Shown piece after piece: positions 17,754-26,028 of a stretch of DNA of 32,000 nt (positions are counted from its first letter, which is position 1; each line of letters opens with the position of its first letter). The translations under genes and the position numbers were made by a program. The DNA lies in assembly GCA_024698585.1 (NCBI GenBank), contig JAILRB010000043.1:20682-52681 (forward strand). The letters run 5' to 3'. Source of the DNA: Eubacterium sp. (lineage in GTDB: Bacteria > Bacillota > Clostridia > Lachnospirales > Lachnospiraceae). Below the pieces are notes generated by a model. That model was not told the DNA's origin, made no database searches, and saw nothing but the letters and a program-made list of their open reading frames with translations.

Positions 17754-18722
17754 TTAAAATTCCAGATAGGTCGCTGCCCATGTAAGCCCGGCACCAAACC
17801 CGGACATAATCATCCGGTCTCCCTTTTTGATTCGTCCTTCTTCCACCAGTTCCGTCAACAAAATCGGAATACAGGCCGAAGAGGTATTTCCATACTCTGC
17901 CATATTCATTGGCACCTTTTCCACTGGAATCTTTAATCGTTTTGCGATGGATTTCACAATGCGCTCATTGGCCTGATGTAATACGAAGCAGTCAATGTCG
18001 TCCACTGCTTTCCCCATATGTTCCAATAATTCCTGAATACATTTCGGAACCTGGCTGACTGCGAATCGGAAAACTTCCCTTCCATCCATGGCAATGTAAT
18101 TTTTTGTTTCATGGCCTTCCCCAAAAGGAGTCCCACGTCCTGCAAAATCATTTTCCATAAACAAGGCATCTTTTCCGCTTCCGTCGGCATGCATCACGGT
18201 TTCAAACACCGCGCCTTCCTGAGCCTGAATCACTGCAGCACCTGCTCCGTCACCAAACAGAATACAGGTTCCACGGTCCTCCCAGTCCACCAGCTTTGAA
18301 AGTCCTTCCGCCGCCACAATCAGTGCCGTCTTGATAACTCCCAAATGGATGTATGCCTGCACCGTATTGTATGCCACCATAAATCCGGTGCAAGCAGTAT
18401 TGATGTCAAAGCACATGGCATTGTCTGCATGAAGTTGTTCCTGTACAAAACATGCTGTATTCGGAAGAATCAAATTTGAGGAAACAGACGAAACCATAAT
18501 CAAGTCTATTTCTTCTGCTGCAATTCCGGCATTCTTTACCGCCGCTTTTGCAGCCTTTGTTGCCATTTCTGCTGTGTTCTCCTGCTCCATTACATGTCTG
18601 GAATGGATTCCTGTTCTCTCCCTGATCCAACAATCATCCGAATCAATCCACTCTGAAAGTTCTTCATTTGTCACTCTTTTTTCCGGTATATAACTTCCTA
18701 ATCCAATTATCTTTCCAAACAT
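17754..18722 (-). CDS. fabH: 3-oxoacyl-ACP synthase III
   Basis: I chose the ATG at 18722 (MFGKIIGLGSYIPEKRVTNEEL, GAGGA RBS 5 nt upstream), giving 322 aa. The catalytic-Cys context is NTACTGF, and HQAN and GNTSSA are present. The 89-aa extension in the track crosses the promoter mapped at 18768-18796. Confidence 0.9.
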   Translation of the reverse strand: MFGKIIGLGSYIPEKRVTNEELSEWIDSDDCWIRERTGIHSRHVMEQENTAEMATKAAKAAVKNAGIAAEEIDLIMVSSVSSNLILPNTACFVQEQLHADNAMCFDINTACTGFMVAYNTVQAYIHLGVIKTALIVAAEGLSKLVDWEDRGTCILFGDGAGAAVIQAQEGAVFETVMHADGSGKDALFMENDFAGRGTPFGEGHETKNYIAMDGREVFRFAVSQVPKCIQELLEHMGKAVDDIDCFVLHQANERIVKSIAKRLKIPVEKVPMNMAEYGNTSSACIPILLTELVEEGRIKKGDRMIMSGFGAGLTWAATYLEF

Positions 18723-18767
18723 TTCTTTCCTCTTTTTTCTTGTTTCTTTCAAACCGCCAACGGCACC

Positions 18768-18796
18768 AATATACGCGGTAAAAAAAACACCGTCAA
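18768..18796 (-). promoter_or_regulatory. Sigma-A promoter of the fab operon (TTGACG-17-TATATT)
   Basis: The reverse complement reads ttgacg gtgttttttttaccgcg tatatt. It lies about 45 nt upstream of the fabH ATG. Confidence 0.6.
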
Positions 18797-18808
18797 TAGC
18801 ATTTGACG
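18791..18808. promoter_or_regulatory. Inverted repeat CGTCAA-N6-TTGACG overlapping the fab -35 element, a candidate operator
   Basis: Perfect 6-bp arms (cgtcaa tagcat ttgacg). One arm is the -35 hexamer itself. Confidence 0.35.
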
Positions 18809-18813
18809 ATGTT

Positions 18814-18900
18814 TTACACTCCCGAAAAATCTTGTTTATTACCATACAATCCCCCTGATTTTTGTTTGTTAATTTACACTTCCGAAGAACCTGTATAGTA
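18814..18900. repeat. Two copies of a roughly 27-nt box (TTACACTyCCGAArAAyCtTGTwTAkTA), with a compact third copy at 18985-18998
   Basis: 18814-18841 is ttacactcccgaaaaatcttgtttatta. 18874-18900 is ttacacttccgaagaacctgtatagta. 18985-18998 is tacactttgtatag, the same two ends without the central segment, and it overlaps the tetR -10/TSS region. Confidence 0.4.
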
Positions 18901-18976
18901 TCTGCCGGTTTTATTAAACAACTTTTTCCGATTCTGTATAATTTCCATTTTTCCCTTTTTTTCGTGTCCATATTTT

Positions 18977-18985
18977 TGTTATAAT
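18977..18985 (+). promoter_or_regulatory. Extended -10 element (TGtTATAAT) for the TetR gene
   Basis: tgt tataat is at 18977-18985 with no good -35. An AGGAGG RBS is at 19012-19017 and the ATG at 19023. Confidence 0.4.
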
Positions 18986-19022
18986 ACACTTTGTATAGAA
19001 ATAGACATTACAGGAGGACAGC

Positions 19023-19604
19023 ATGGAAACAAAAAACGAAGACCGCCGCGTTCAACGAACAAAGCGTCAATTAGAATTAGCATTAATCAGATTATTACAA
19101 AAGAAAAGCATTCATAAAATCAGCATTCGGGAATTAGCTGAAGAAGCGGACATTACCCGTGCGACTTTTTATCAGCACTATCGGGATCCGTATGAAATGA
19201 TTGAAATCATGCAGGATCGAATCTTAAATTCCATCCAACAGATTATTAACGAGACAGCCGGTGGAGATTCCTACGTATTCTTTTTCCGTCTGTTCAGTTT
19301 TTTAGCTGACGAAAGTGTCCGGGCGGAAATTCTTGCTTTTGACTCCGGACAGGGCACCGGCTATGAACGGGTAGGCTACTTTATCCATAATAACTATATG
19401 CTTCGCTGGGGACAGAAGTTTGGGCCGGATCAGGCAGCAAACTATAAATACTACCGCTACTATATTGTATTCGGGTGTATCGCCGTGGTGGAAAACTGGA
19501 TTAATGGTGGGAAGGTGGAAACACCGGAACAAATGGCGAAAATCGCATATTCCGTTTTACCAAAAGAAAAGATGTATTTGAAAAATTCTGATGAGGGTAT
19601 GTAA
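19023..19604 (+). CDS. TetR/AcrR-family transcriptional regulator, divergent from the fab operon
   Basis: 193 aa. The N-terminal HTH is RTKRQLELALIRLLQKKSIHKISIRELAEEADITRATFYQHY. The C-terminal domain is variable, possibly DhaS/TetR_C_8-like. Confidence 0.85.
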   Translation: METKNEDRRVQRTKRQLELALIRLLQKKSIHKISIRELAEEADITRATFYQHYRDPYEMIEIMQDRILNSIQQIINETAGGDSYVFFFRLFSFLADESVRAEILAFDSGQGTGYERVGYFIHNNYMLRWGQKFGPDQAANYKYYRYYIVFGCIAVVENWINGGKVETPEQMAKIAYSVLPKEKMYLKNSDEGM

Positions 19605-19623
19605 TCACCCTTTCCATGAAAAT

Positions 19624-19669
19624 AAAAGGCGTTGTGCCGTGATTTCATATCACAGACACAGCGCCTTTT
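19624..19669. terminator. Bidirectional intrinsic terminator between the TetR gene and the MetRS-like gene
   Basis: aaaaggcgttgtg (19624-19636) pairs with cacagcgcctttt (19657-19669), and there is an inner gtgat/atcac stem. T-rich tracts lie on both sides. Confidence 0.75.
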
Positions 19670-19674
19670 CTTTT

Positions 19675-21672
19675 TTATTTCTGCTCGAACTGGCAGGCAG
19701 GCTTTGCGAAGAAGTCTACCTTTGGTTCCAGGAATTTTAGTTTGTGATTTTCCTTGTCATCTACTAAGGAAAGAACATCATCAAAAATATAATTCCAGTC
19801 GAAGAATTTATCATCCACATTTAAGTATTCCTGAACCATTTCACAACCCTTCGGTGCGATTGGATGTACTAATGCAGCGATAACTCTCACACCATAGAAG
19901 CAGTCAATTAAGATCTGCTTTCTTAATTCATTGTCATCATTTTTATCTGCCATACGGACATTGTTTGCCCAATGCTTATTGATGTCACGAATCAAGCTAT
20001 CCAGAACATAAGTCACACGATGGAATTCATGATTGTACATATGTCTTTCATATTCTAAGATTGCGTCCTTACAGATGTTCCGGATTTTCTCGCTGACTTC
20101 TCCCTGCGGAATCGTGCAGTCGAAGTACTGCTGTGCAGAATAGAAGCAAGAACGAATCAATCGATTATAAACGTTTGTTAAAAGATTTCCTTCCTTTAAT
20201 ACCGGGTCAACACCTTCCCGCTCTTCTTCCGGAAGGTAAACCTGTGGCTTAAAGCCAACACTCTTGGAAGAAAGACCAAGACTTAAGAAATGCATTCTCA
20301 ACTGATCCGGTGAATAATATGCTAACAGTTCGTCTGCCATTGGCGGCTTTAATTCTGAAGACGAACTAGCCTTTTTATCCATAAATAAAATATGATTATT
20401 TGCGACGATATGTGGAAGAACGGTGTGTACCATATCCATTTCTTCATCAGCCTTTACATGAGTTGCAGCAAACATTGCCATTTCTGCCAGACCGTAGAAA
20501 TAAATGTTATCCTGTCCGATGAACTGATAGACACAAGCGTCTTCGTCCATCCACCAGTCTTTCCATTCTTCTTCGTCACGTCCCTGACTTGTCAGGTAAG
20601 AACGAGTGAAGGAAATTGGTGCCCAAAGAGATTCCGGCCATACCCAGAAGGTCAGTCCTTCCACGTCATCCTTATCCGGTACCGGAACACCCCAGTCAAT
20701 ATTTCCGGAAAGTCTGAATGGAACCAATGTCTTTCCGGTACGGTAATGAATTCCCATGCCATCTAATACTTCTCTGGCATGATCTCTGTCATCCAGATTT
20801 TCGAAGATAAATGTCACGGATGGCTTCTTTTCTTCATTGATCGTTTCATGCTTTGGAAATGCTGCTTCAATGGCATCAATGTCTTCCATCTGCTTTTTCT
20901 GTACATACATACATGGTGCTTTCAGGAATTCTTCCATAGCCTTAATTTCATATTTACGTGTATTGGTTTCCCTCTTCAGATAATTCATACGGTCAATTAA
21001 CGGATTCATACATTTATCTAATGAGAAATACCAGTTGGTTACCGGTTTGATTTCCGGTTTTTCTCCGGATAAGGTGCTGACCGGATCAATCAATTCTGAT
21101 GGGGAATACTGATGACCTAAATCACATTCATCTGCGTAAGCTTTTTCCGAACAACATCCTTCAATCGGACATTTTCCGATGACCTGACGTCCATTGATAA
21201 ACACCTTCTTCACCGGGTCAAAGAACTGCGGTGTAGACATTCTCTGTAAATATCCATTTTTGTAAAGAATATCAAATAATTCTGCTGATACTTTTTCATG
21301 CATCTTTCCTGTTTCTCCAAAAGCGGAGGAACCAAAAAGATTTAAGCTGATACCATAGTCATCTAAGGTCTTCTTCTGCTTTTCATGATTTCCCATAACA
21401 TATTCTTCAATGGAACCTTCAAATCCTGATTCACAAAGTTTTCTGTATGCTTCCACAATTGGAGAACCATAACAGTCTGTTCCGGAAACAAAAATGACAT
21501 TATCCTTTCCGATTCGATCTCTCATAAATCTGGCGAATGTGTCAGCATGTACGAACATCCCACCCACGTGTCCAAAATGAAGTGTTTTATTTCCATAAGG
21601 CATACCGCCTGTAATCACTGCTCTTTTCGGAAATACCGGTCTTTCATCCGGTCTGATTCTTTTATTATCCAT
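19675..21672 (-). CDS. Class I aminoacyl-tRNA-ligase family protein, a MetRS (type 2)-like paralog with a degenerate KMSKS
   Basis: 665 aa from the ATG at 21672 (GGAG 9 nt upstream). The HIGH region is MPYGNKTLHFGHV, followed by GTDCYGSPI. The MetRS knuckle-like segment is GKCPIEGCCSEKAYADECDLGHQYSPSELIDP. The KMSKS position reads KKASSSS. An anticodon-domain-like C-terminus is present. Confidence 0.75.
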   Translation of the reverse strand: MDNKRIRPDERPVFPKRAVITGGMPYGNKTLHFGHVGGMFVHADTFARFMRDRIGKDNVIFVSGTDCYGSPIVEAYRKLCESGFEGSIEEYVMGNHEKQKKTLDDYGISLNLFGSSAFGETGKMHEKVSAELFDILYKNGYLQRMSTPQFFDPVKKVFINGRQVIGKCPIEGCCSEKAYADECDLGHQYSPSELIDPVSTLSGEKPEIKPVTNWYFSLDKCMNPLIDRMNYLKRETNTRKYEIKAMEEFLKAPCMYVQKKQMEDIDAIEAAFPKHETINEEKKPSVTFIFENLDDRDHAREVLDGMGIHYRTGKTLVPFRLSGNIDWGVPVPDKDDVEGLTFWVWPESLWAPISFTRSYLTSQGRDEEEWKDWWMDEDACVYQFIGQDNIYFYGLAEMAMFAATHVKADEEMDMVHTVLPHIVANNHILFMDKKASSSSELKPPMADELLAYYSPDQLRMHFLSLGLSSKSVGFKPQVYLPEEEREGVDPVLKEGNLLTNVYNRLIRSCFYSAQQYFDCTIPQGEVSEKIRNICKDAILEYERHMYNHEFHRVTYVLDSLIRDINKHWANNVRMADKNDDNELRKQILIDCFYGVRVIAALVHPIAPKGCEMVQEYLNVDDKFFDWNYIFDDVLSLVDDKENHKLKFLEPKVDFFAKPACQFEQK

Positions 21673-21707
21673 AACCACTAGCTCCTTCTCTCTATACCAT
21701 AACCTTA

Positions 21708-21736
21708 ATCTTAAATTTTTCTAGTGCAGATGTCAA
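21708..21736 (-). promoter_or_regulatory. Sigma-A promoter (TTGACA-17-TAAGAT) for the MetRS-like gene
   Basis: The reverse complement reads ttgaca tctgcactagaaaaatt taagat. It sits in the 89-nt gap after the upstream gene. Confidence 0.55.
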
Positions 21737-21761
21737 ACAAATTCTACACATTTCCCCCGAA

Positions 21762-23180
21762 TTACTCATATAAAGTCCAATATCCATAATCCTTCCGGAT
21801 CTGATAATGTTCTTTCACATATTTTCCAAGAGAATTATCCCATTGACTTTCCTGTCCTGAAGTCGTTCGCATCAGAATCAAACAATCTTCCTTCAATAAT
21901 TCTTCCACATAATGAAGAGGCGATTTCCCTCCGGTGTTTCCCAACCAAAGGAAATCATAATATCCATGATTTTCCCTCATTGCCGCAGAATAAATCATTG
22001 CATATTTATCAATGATGTAAACCTTCTTGTCGGCGTCTTTGATGATTTGTTCCGTTTCCAACAGATTCTGCTCCAATCCCGCCTGAATCGGAAGTCCTCG
22101 AAATGCCGGAATCTGACTAAGCTGATTGTTTCCGAACAGATTGGAAATTCCCAAAGTCAAAAATGTGATAACCATTGTTCCAAAAAGCAATGTGGAAATT
22201 CGAAACATTAATTTTTCATTCCTTCGATTCACAAGGGATAACAGTAAAACGAAAAACACAATCATCGGGGTAAAATGTTCCGCATCAAAAATCGGATAGA
22301 CAAACAGGGTAGACCCAATTCCCCAGAAAGCTACCAGGCAATGCTCCCGGTATGTTTCAAAAAGCTCTGACAGGTTGCCTCCCTGTTTCTTTACTGCATA
22401 AATCACATAACCTGCGAAGAAACAGACACCTCCGAAAATCACAGCAAAATCAATGAATAAAATGGCTTTGCTGTAATTGTTTGAAAACTGGGACATTCCT
22501 CCAAAAATCAAATCCAGAAAATTTTTCATTACTCCCAGGGATAAAAGGTATCCTAGAAATCCTGCTGAGATTCCTGCGTCAATGACAAGCATTCCGCTGA
22601 CTTTTCTCCAGAACCTTTTCTGCTTCCGGTACTTTAACCAGATTACCAGAACAGTCATTGCAAAAAAAACGGCACCCATGGTGTGCTTGCACCAAACCAT
22701 CAGGATACTACTGACAGCAATGATTATTGTGCTTTTTCCGGTCAGTTCTTCCTTTAATAATTGACTTAAAATTAACAAAGCTAAAAGTAGGCAAATCATG
22801 TTGTAGCCATAATAAAAGGATTCAGAAACATAGGCATACAGTCCGATTGCCAGATTAAAGAATCCAATGATCTTGTGACTAATTTTAAGACGTTGTCCAA
22901 CAACGTGCAGGCTCAAGGCAACACCGGTCCACACCAGCGCATTCAGTATTCGAATCACAAGCAAGGAATCAAACACGGCTACCAGTGGCGCAGCAATCAC
23001 ATATATCAGCGGGGGAACAATAATATTAATCTCCCTATAGATTTTCATCCCATGGCTCATCCCGGAAGCAGCCCAATACTTTATGATGTCATCTGCATTT
23101 CCAACGAAGACCGCCCAGGACAAAAAACCGAAACACACTAGATAAACGATTGTGTATTGTATGAAACGCTTTCTTTCCAT
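21762..23180 (-). CDS. Polytopic membrane protein, GT-C-fold glycosyltransferase-like (ArnT/PMT/GT39-type), with a roughly 110-aa C-terminal extracytoplasmic domain
   Basis: 472 aa with about 11-12 hydrophobic segments. The first loop after TM1 carries an acidic motif and a proline signature (GNADDIIKYWAASGMSHGMKIYREINIIVPPLIY), as in GT-C enzymes. A Wzy/O-antigen-polymerase-like protein is an alternative I cannot exclude. Confidence 0.45.
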   Translation of the reverse strand: MERKRFIQYTIVYLVCFGFLSWAVFVGNADDIIKYWAASGMSHGMKIYREINIIVPPLIYVIAAPLVAVFDSLLVIRILNALVWTGVALSLHVVGQRLKISHKIIGFFNLAIGLYAYVSESFYYGYNMICLLLALLILSQLLKEELTGKSTIIIAVSSILMVWCKHTMGAVFFAMTVLVIWLKYRKQKRFWRKVSGMLVIDAGISAGFLGYLLSLGVMKNFLDLIFGGMSQFSNNYSKAILFIDFAVIFGGVCFFAGYVIYAVKKQGGNLSELFETYREHCLVAFWGIGSTLFVYPIFDAEHFTPMIVFFVLLLSLVNRRNEKLMFRISTLLFGTMVITFLTLGISNLFGNNQLSQIPAFRGLPIQAGLEQNLLETEQIIKDADKKVYIIDKYAMIYSAAMRENHGYYDFLWLGNTGGKSPLHYVEELLKEDCLILMRTTSGQESQWDNSLGKYVKEHYQIRKDYGYWTLYE

Positions 23181-23201
23181 CTTTTACTCCATCTTCAGAA
23201 T

Positions 23202-24242
23202 TTATACGATAAAGAATGCAATTGCGATGATTGCGTAAATTCCCAATAACTGCGCTCCTTCAATCCAATTGGATCGTCCATCCTCAATGATTCGATTGGT
23301 AATTAACGCAGAACAAACCAATACCACTAATTCAAACGGTGTGAAAATCAGGTTCATCGGTGTCCAGATACAACTGATAAATACCAATACCGGCATTACA
23401 AACAGAATTACCTGCAGCGTACTTCCCACACTGACCTCAATGGCAACATTCATTTTATTCTTCATTGCCATTACCACGGCGGTACTATGCTCTGCTGCAT
23501 TTCCGATAATCGGAATTAAGATTAAACCAACAAACATTTCACTCAGTCCCAGGGTTTCTGTCATTCCTTCCACGGAACCGGTAAAGATTTCAGACTGGAT
23601 TCCTAATCCTGCAGTAACTACTAACAGAATGATAATGGAAACCTTCAAAGACCACTCCGGTTTTTCTGCCGGTTCACCTTCCGTTTCTGCGAAGACGTCT
23701 TTATGTGTCACGAAGGTAAAAATAATCTGAAGGAAATATAACAGGAACATTAATCCTGCGATTACCAGACTTAATTCCTCAACTTTTGTGCTGTCATTCG
23801 CCATGGTGTGTACAAAGATCGCCGGAACACTCATTCCAATTACAGCAAAAAACAGCATGCTGGAGTGGAGTTCCACCGCCTTAATGTCAAACTTCTGAAT
23901 CTTGTGCTTTAACCCTCCGCAAAGAAGACTCAGTCCTAATACCAAAAGAATGTTTCCAATGATGGAACCAATAATAGAAGACTTTACGACTTCAATCAGT
24001 CCTGCCTTCAAGGCGAAAATATTAATCAACAGTTCTGCTGCATTTCCGAAGGTGGCGTTTAAAAATCCACCGACTTTTTCTCCTAAATAATAGGCGGCAT
24101 TTTCTGTCGCCTTTCCCATAACAGCTGCCAATCCCACAATGCTTAATGCACTCATGACAAACAACGCTGTACCATTTGCTCCCATTGCCGATGCAATCCA
24201 GCTAATCGGCATGAATACAAGTAAAATATATAAAAATTTCAT
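23202..24242 (-). CDS. cax: Ca2+/H+ antiporter (CaCA family, YfkE/ChaA-like)
   Basis: 346 aa with about 11 TM segments and two alpha-repeat signatures, FGNAAELLINIF and IGNAAEHSTAV. Confidence 0.88.
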   Translation of the reverse strand: MKFLYILLVFMPISWIASAMGANGTALFVMSALSIVGLAAVMGKATENAAYYLGEKVGGFLNATFGNAAELLINIFALKAGLIEVVKSSIIGSIIGNILLVLGLSLLCGGLKHKIQKFDIKAVELHSSMLFFAVIGMSVPAIFVHTMANDSTKVEELSLVIAGLMFLLYFLQIIFTFVTHKDVFAETEGEPAEKPEWSLKVSIIILLVVTAGLGIQSEIFTGSVEGMTETLGLSEMFVGLILIPIIGNAAEHSTAVVMAMKNKMNVAIEVSVGSTLQVILFVMPVLVFISCIWTPMNLIFTPFELVVLVCSALITNRIIEDGRSNWIEGAQLLGIYAIIAIAFFIV

Positions 24243-24263
24243 TGTCGTTTCCTTTCCAGTAAC

Positions 24264-24749
24264 TTATCGGTTATTTACAACTTCCGGATACAAATCGTGG
24301 TTGGCCATACGCTCCCATGCCACCTGCTCCCACTTGGTTCCCGGTTTTCCATAGTTGCAATACGGATCAATGGAGATGCCTCCACGAGGCAGGAATTTTC
24401 CCCAGACTTCAATGTACTTCGGATCCATTAACCGAATCAAATCCTTCATGATGATATTTACTACATCCTCATGAAAATCTCCGTGATTTCTGAAGGAGAA
24501 TAAATATAACTTTAATGATTTACTCTCCACCATCTTCTGCTGTGGCACATAGGAAATGGTAATGGTTGCAAAGTCAGGCTGTCCGGTAATCGGACAAAGA
24601 CTGGTAAATTCCGGACAGTTGAACTTTACAAAATAGTCATTGTCCGGATGCTTGTTTTCAAATGTTTCCAACACAGATGGGTCATAGTCTGACTGATATG
24701 TTGTTTCCTTATTTCCTAACAGTGTTAACCCTTCATCTTCTCTCATCAT
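24264..24749 (-). CDS. queF: NADPH-dependent 7-cyano-7-deazaguanine (preQ0) reductase
   Basis: 161 aa, type I Que[19 protein letters not shown] and a C-terminal E(S/L)K..K.Y-type motif ([10 protein letters not shown]). Confidence 0.9.
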   Translation of the reverse strand: MMREDEGLTLLGNKETTYQSDYDPSVLETFENKHPDNDYFVKFNCPEFTSLCPITGQPDFATITISYVPQQKMVESKSLKLYLFSFRNHGDFHEDVVNIIMKDLIRLMDPKYIEVWGKFLPRGGISIDPYCNYGKPGTKWEQVAWERMANHDLYPEVVNNR

Positions 24750-24759
24750 AATATCTCCC

Positions 24760-25446
24760 TTATTTCTTCATTGCGGGATCTTCCATCCCGTTTTCTGCAA
24801 ATGCTGCGTTTCGGTCAATGCAGGTAGCGCATTTTCCGCAAGGTGTTTCGCCACCTTCATAACAGGACCAGGTCAGCTCATAAGGAACGCCTAGTTCCAA
24901 TCCCATTTTTACCACATCTGCTTTTGTCATCTTAACAAATGGTGCCTCAATCCTTAACTGATGGCCGGAGCCTTCCCAGATTGCATCGTTCATTGCCTGA
25001 TTAAAGACTTCAGAGCAATCCGGATAAGCAAAGCCCGCTGCATCATCTGCATGCGCACCATAATAAATCACTTCACAATCCTTACTTAAGGCAATGCTGG
25101 CCGCGGAAGAAAGGAACAAGCCGTTTCGAAATGGCACATAAGTGCTGACCGGTGTTTTCCCTTCGGTTTTCTGAATCTGTTCCGCATAGCTTTCTTCCGG
25201 AATTTCTTCCGTGGATTGCTGAAGCAGGGAACAGTTACTGTACTGAAAAATCTTTGCCAGGTCAAGGAACAAATGCTCCACGCCATAGTGATTTGCCACA
25301 TCAATGGATGCCTGAATTTCTTTTTCATGTTTTTGTCCATAAGAAATCGACAGGGCAATCACATTGTCTTTTCCATACTTTTTCACTGCCAATCCCAGTG
25401 CTGTCGTGGAATCTAATCCACCACTGGATAACACCAATGCTTTCAT
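24760..25446 (-). CDS. queC: 7-cyano-7-deazaguanine synthase
   Basis: 228 aa. The PP-loop is [12 protein letters not shown] and the C-terminal Zn site is [10 protein letters not shown]. Confidence 0.92.
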   Translation of the reverse strand: MKALVLSSGGLDSTTALGLAVKKYGKDNVIALSISYGQKHEKEIQASIDVANHYGVEHLFLDLAKIFQYSNCSLLQQSTEEIPEESYAEQIQKTEGKTPVSTYVPFRNGLFLSSAASIALSKDCEVIYYGAHADDAAGFAYPDCSEVFNQAMNDAIWEGSGHQLRIEAPFVKMTKADVVKMGLELGVPYELTWSCYEGGETPCGKCATCIDRNAAFAENGMEDPAMKK

Positions 25447-25456
25447 CCTGCGCCTC

Positions 25457-26026
25457 CTATTTCAAATACAATTGCAAAGACGGGTCTGTCTCAAACTTTC
25501 CACGTAACTCTGCTGTAAATGTTTTCGTATTATTTTTCTTGATACCTCTGGCAGAAACACAGCTGTGATAGCCTTCAATGGTGACTGCCACATCTTCACT
25601 GCCGGTGATTTCAGAAATGATATCTGCGATGTCCTGTCCAATCTTTTCCTGTAACTGAAGACGCTTCCCAACCATGTCCACCACTCTGGCAATTTTCGAA
25701 AGTCCCAACACCTTTCCGTTTGGAATGTATGCCACAGTCGCTTTCATGTCATACATCAACGCCATGTGATGCTCACAATAGGAAAATAAATCAATATCCT
25801 TCATCACCACGATTTTGGAATTGTTCTCCTGTTCCACACCTTCTTCAAAAGTTCTGTTGAACATTTCTGCAATTTCATGATTCGTATAATTCATTCCTTC
25901 AAAAACTTCTTCATACATTCTTGCTACACGACTTGGGGTATCCACAAGGCCTTCGCGATCCGGATTGTCTCCTAAAGCAATCAGTATTCCTCGAATATGT
26001 TCTTCTATGGCTTTTTTATCTATCAT
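25457..26026 (-). CDS. folE: GTP cyclohydrolase I
   Basis: [45 protein letters not shown] and HSC. I chose the ATG at 26026 (2 nt after the queE stop, AGAGGAG RBS) over the track start at 26056. Confidence 0.9.
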   Translation of the reverse strand: MIDKKAIEEHIRGILIALGDNPDREGLVDTPSRVARMYEEVFEGMNYTNHEIAEMFNRTFEEGVEQENNSKIVVMKDIDLFSYCEHHMALMYDMKATVAYIPNGKVLGLSKIARVVDMVGKRLQLQEKIGQDIADIISEITGSEDVAVTIEGYHSCVSARGIKKNNTKTFTAELRGKFETDPSLQLYLK

Positions 26027-26028
26027 CC

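Noticed and set aside
18752-18787. A hairpin accgc...gcggt next to an A8/T8 run, considered as a possible terminator or attenuator before fabH
   Set aside because: The 5-bp stem has a 17-nt loop. The homopolymer run is on the wrong side for the minus-strand transcript, and the element lies within the promoter spacer and -10 rather than in the transcript.
18723-18989. The 89-aa N-terminal extension of fabH in the ORF track (GTG at 18989, 411 aa)
   Set aside because: FabH homology starts at MFGKIIGLGSY (ATG at 18722, with its own GAGGA RBS). The extension is Lys-rich and low-complexity, and it would read through the TTGACG-17-TATATT promoter and the repeat boxes. It is an open frame by chance in AT-rich intergenic DNA.
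21673-21761. A possible T-box leader upstream of the MetRS-like gene
   Set aside because: Only 89 nt separate it from the upstream stop, and about 30 nt of that is a sigma-A promoter. There is no room for a roughly 200-nt T-box, and no specifier or terminator/antiterminator structure is visible.
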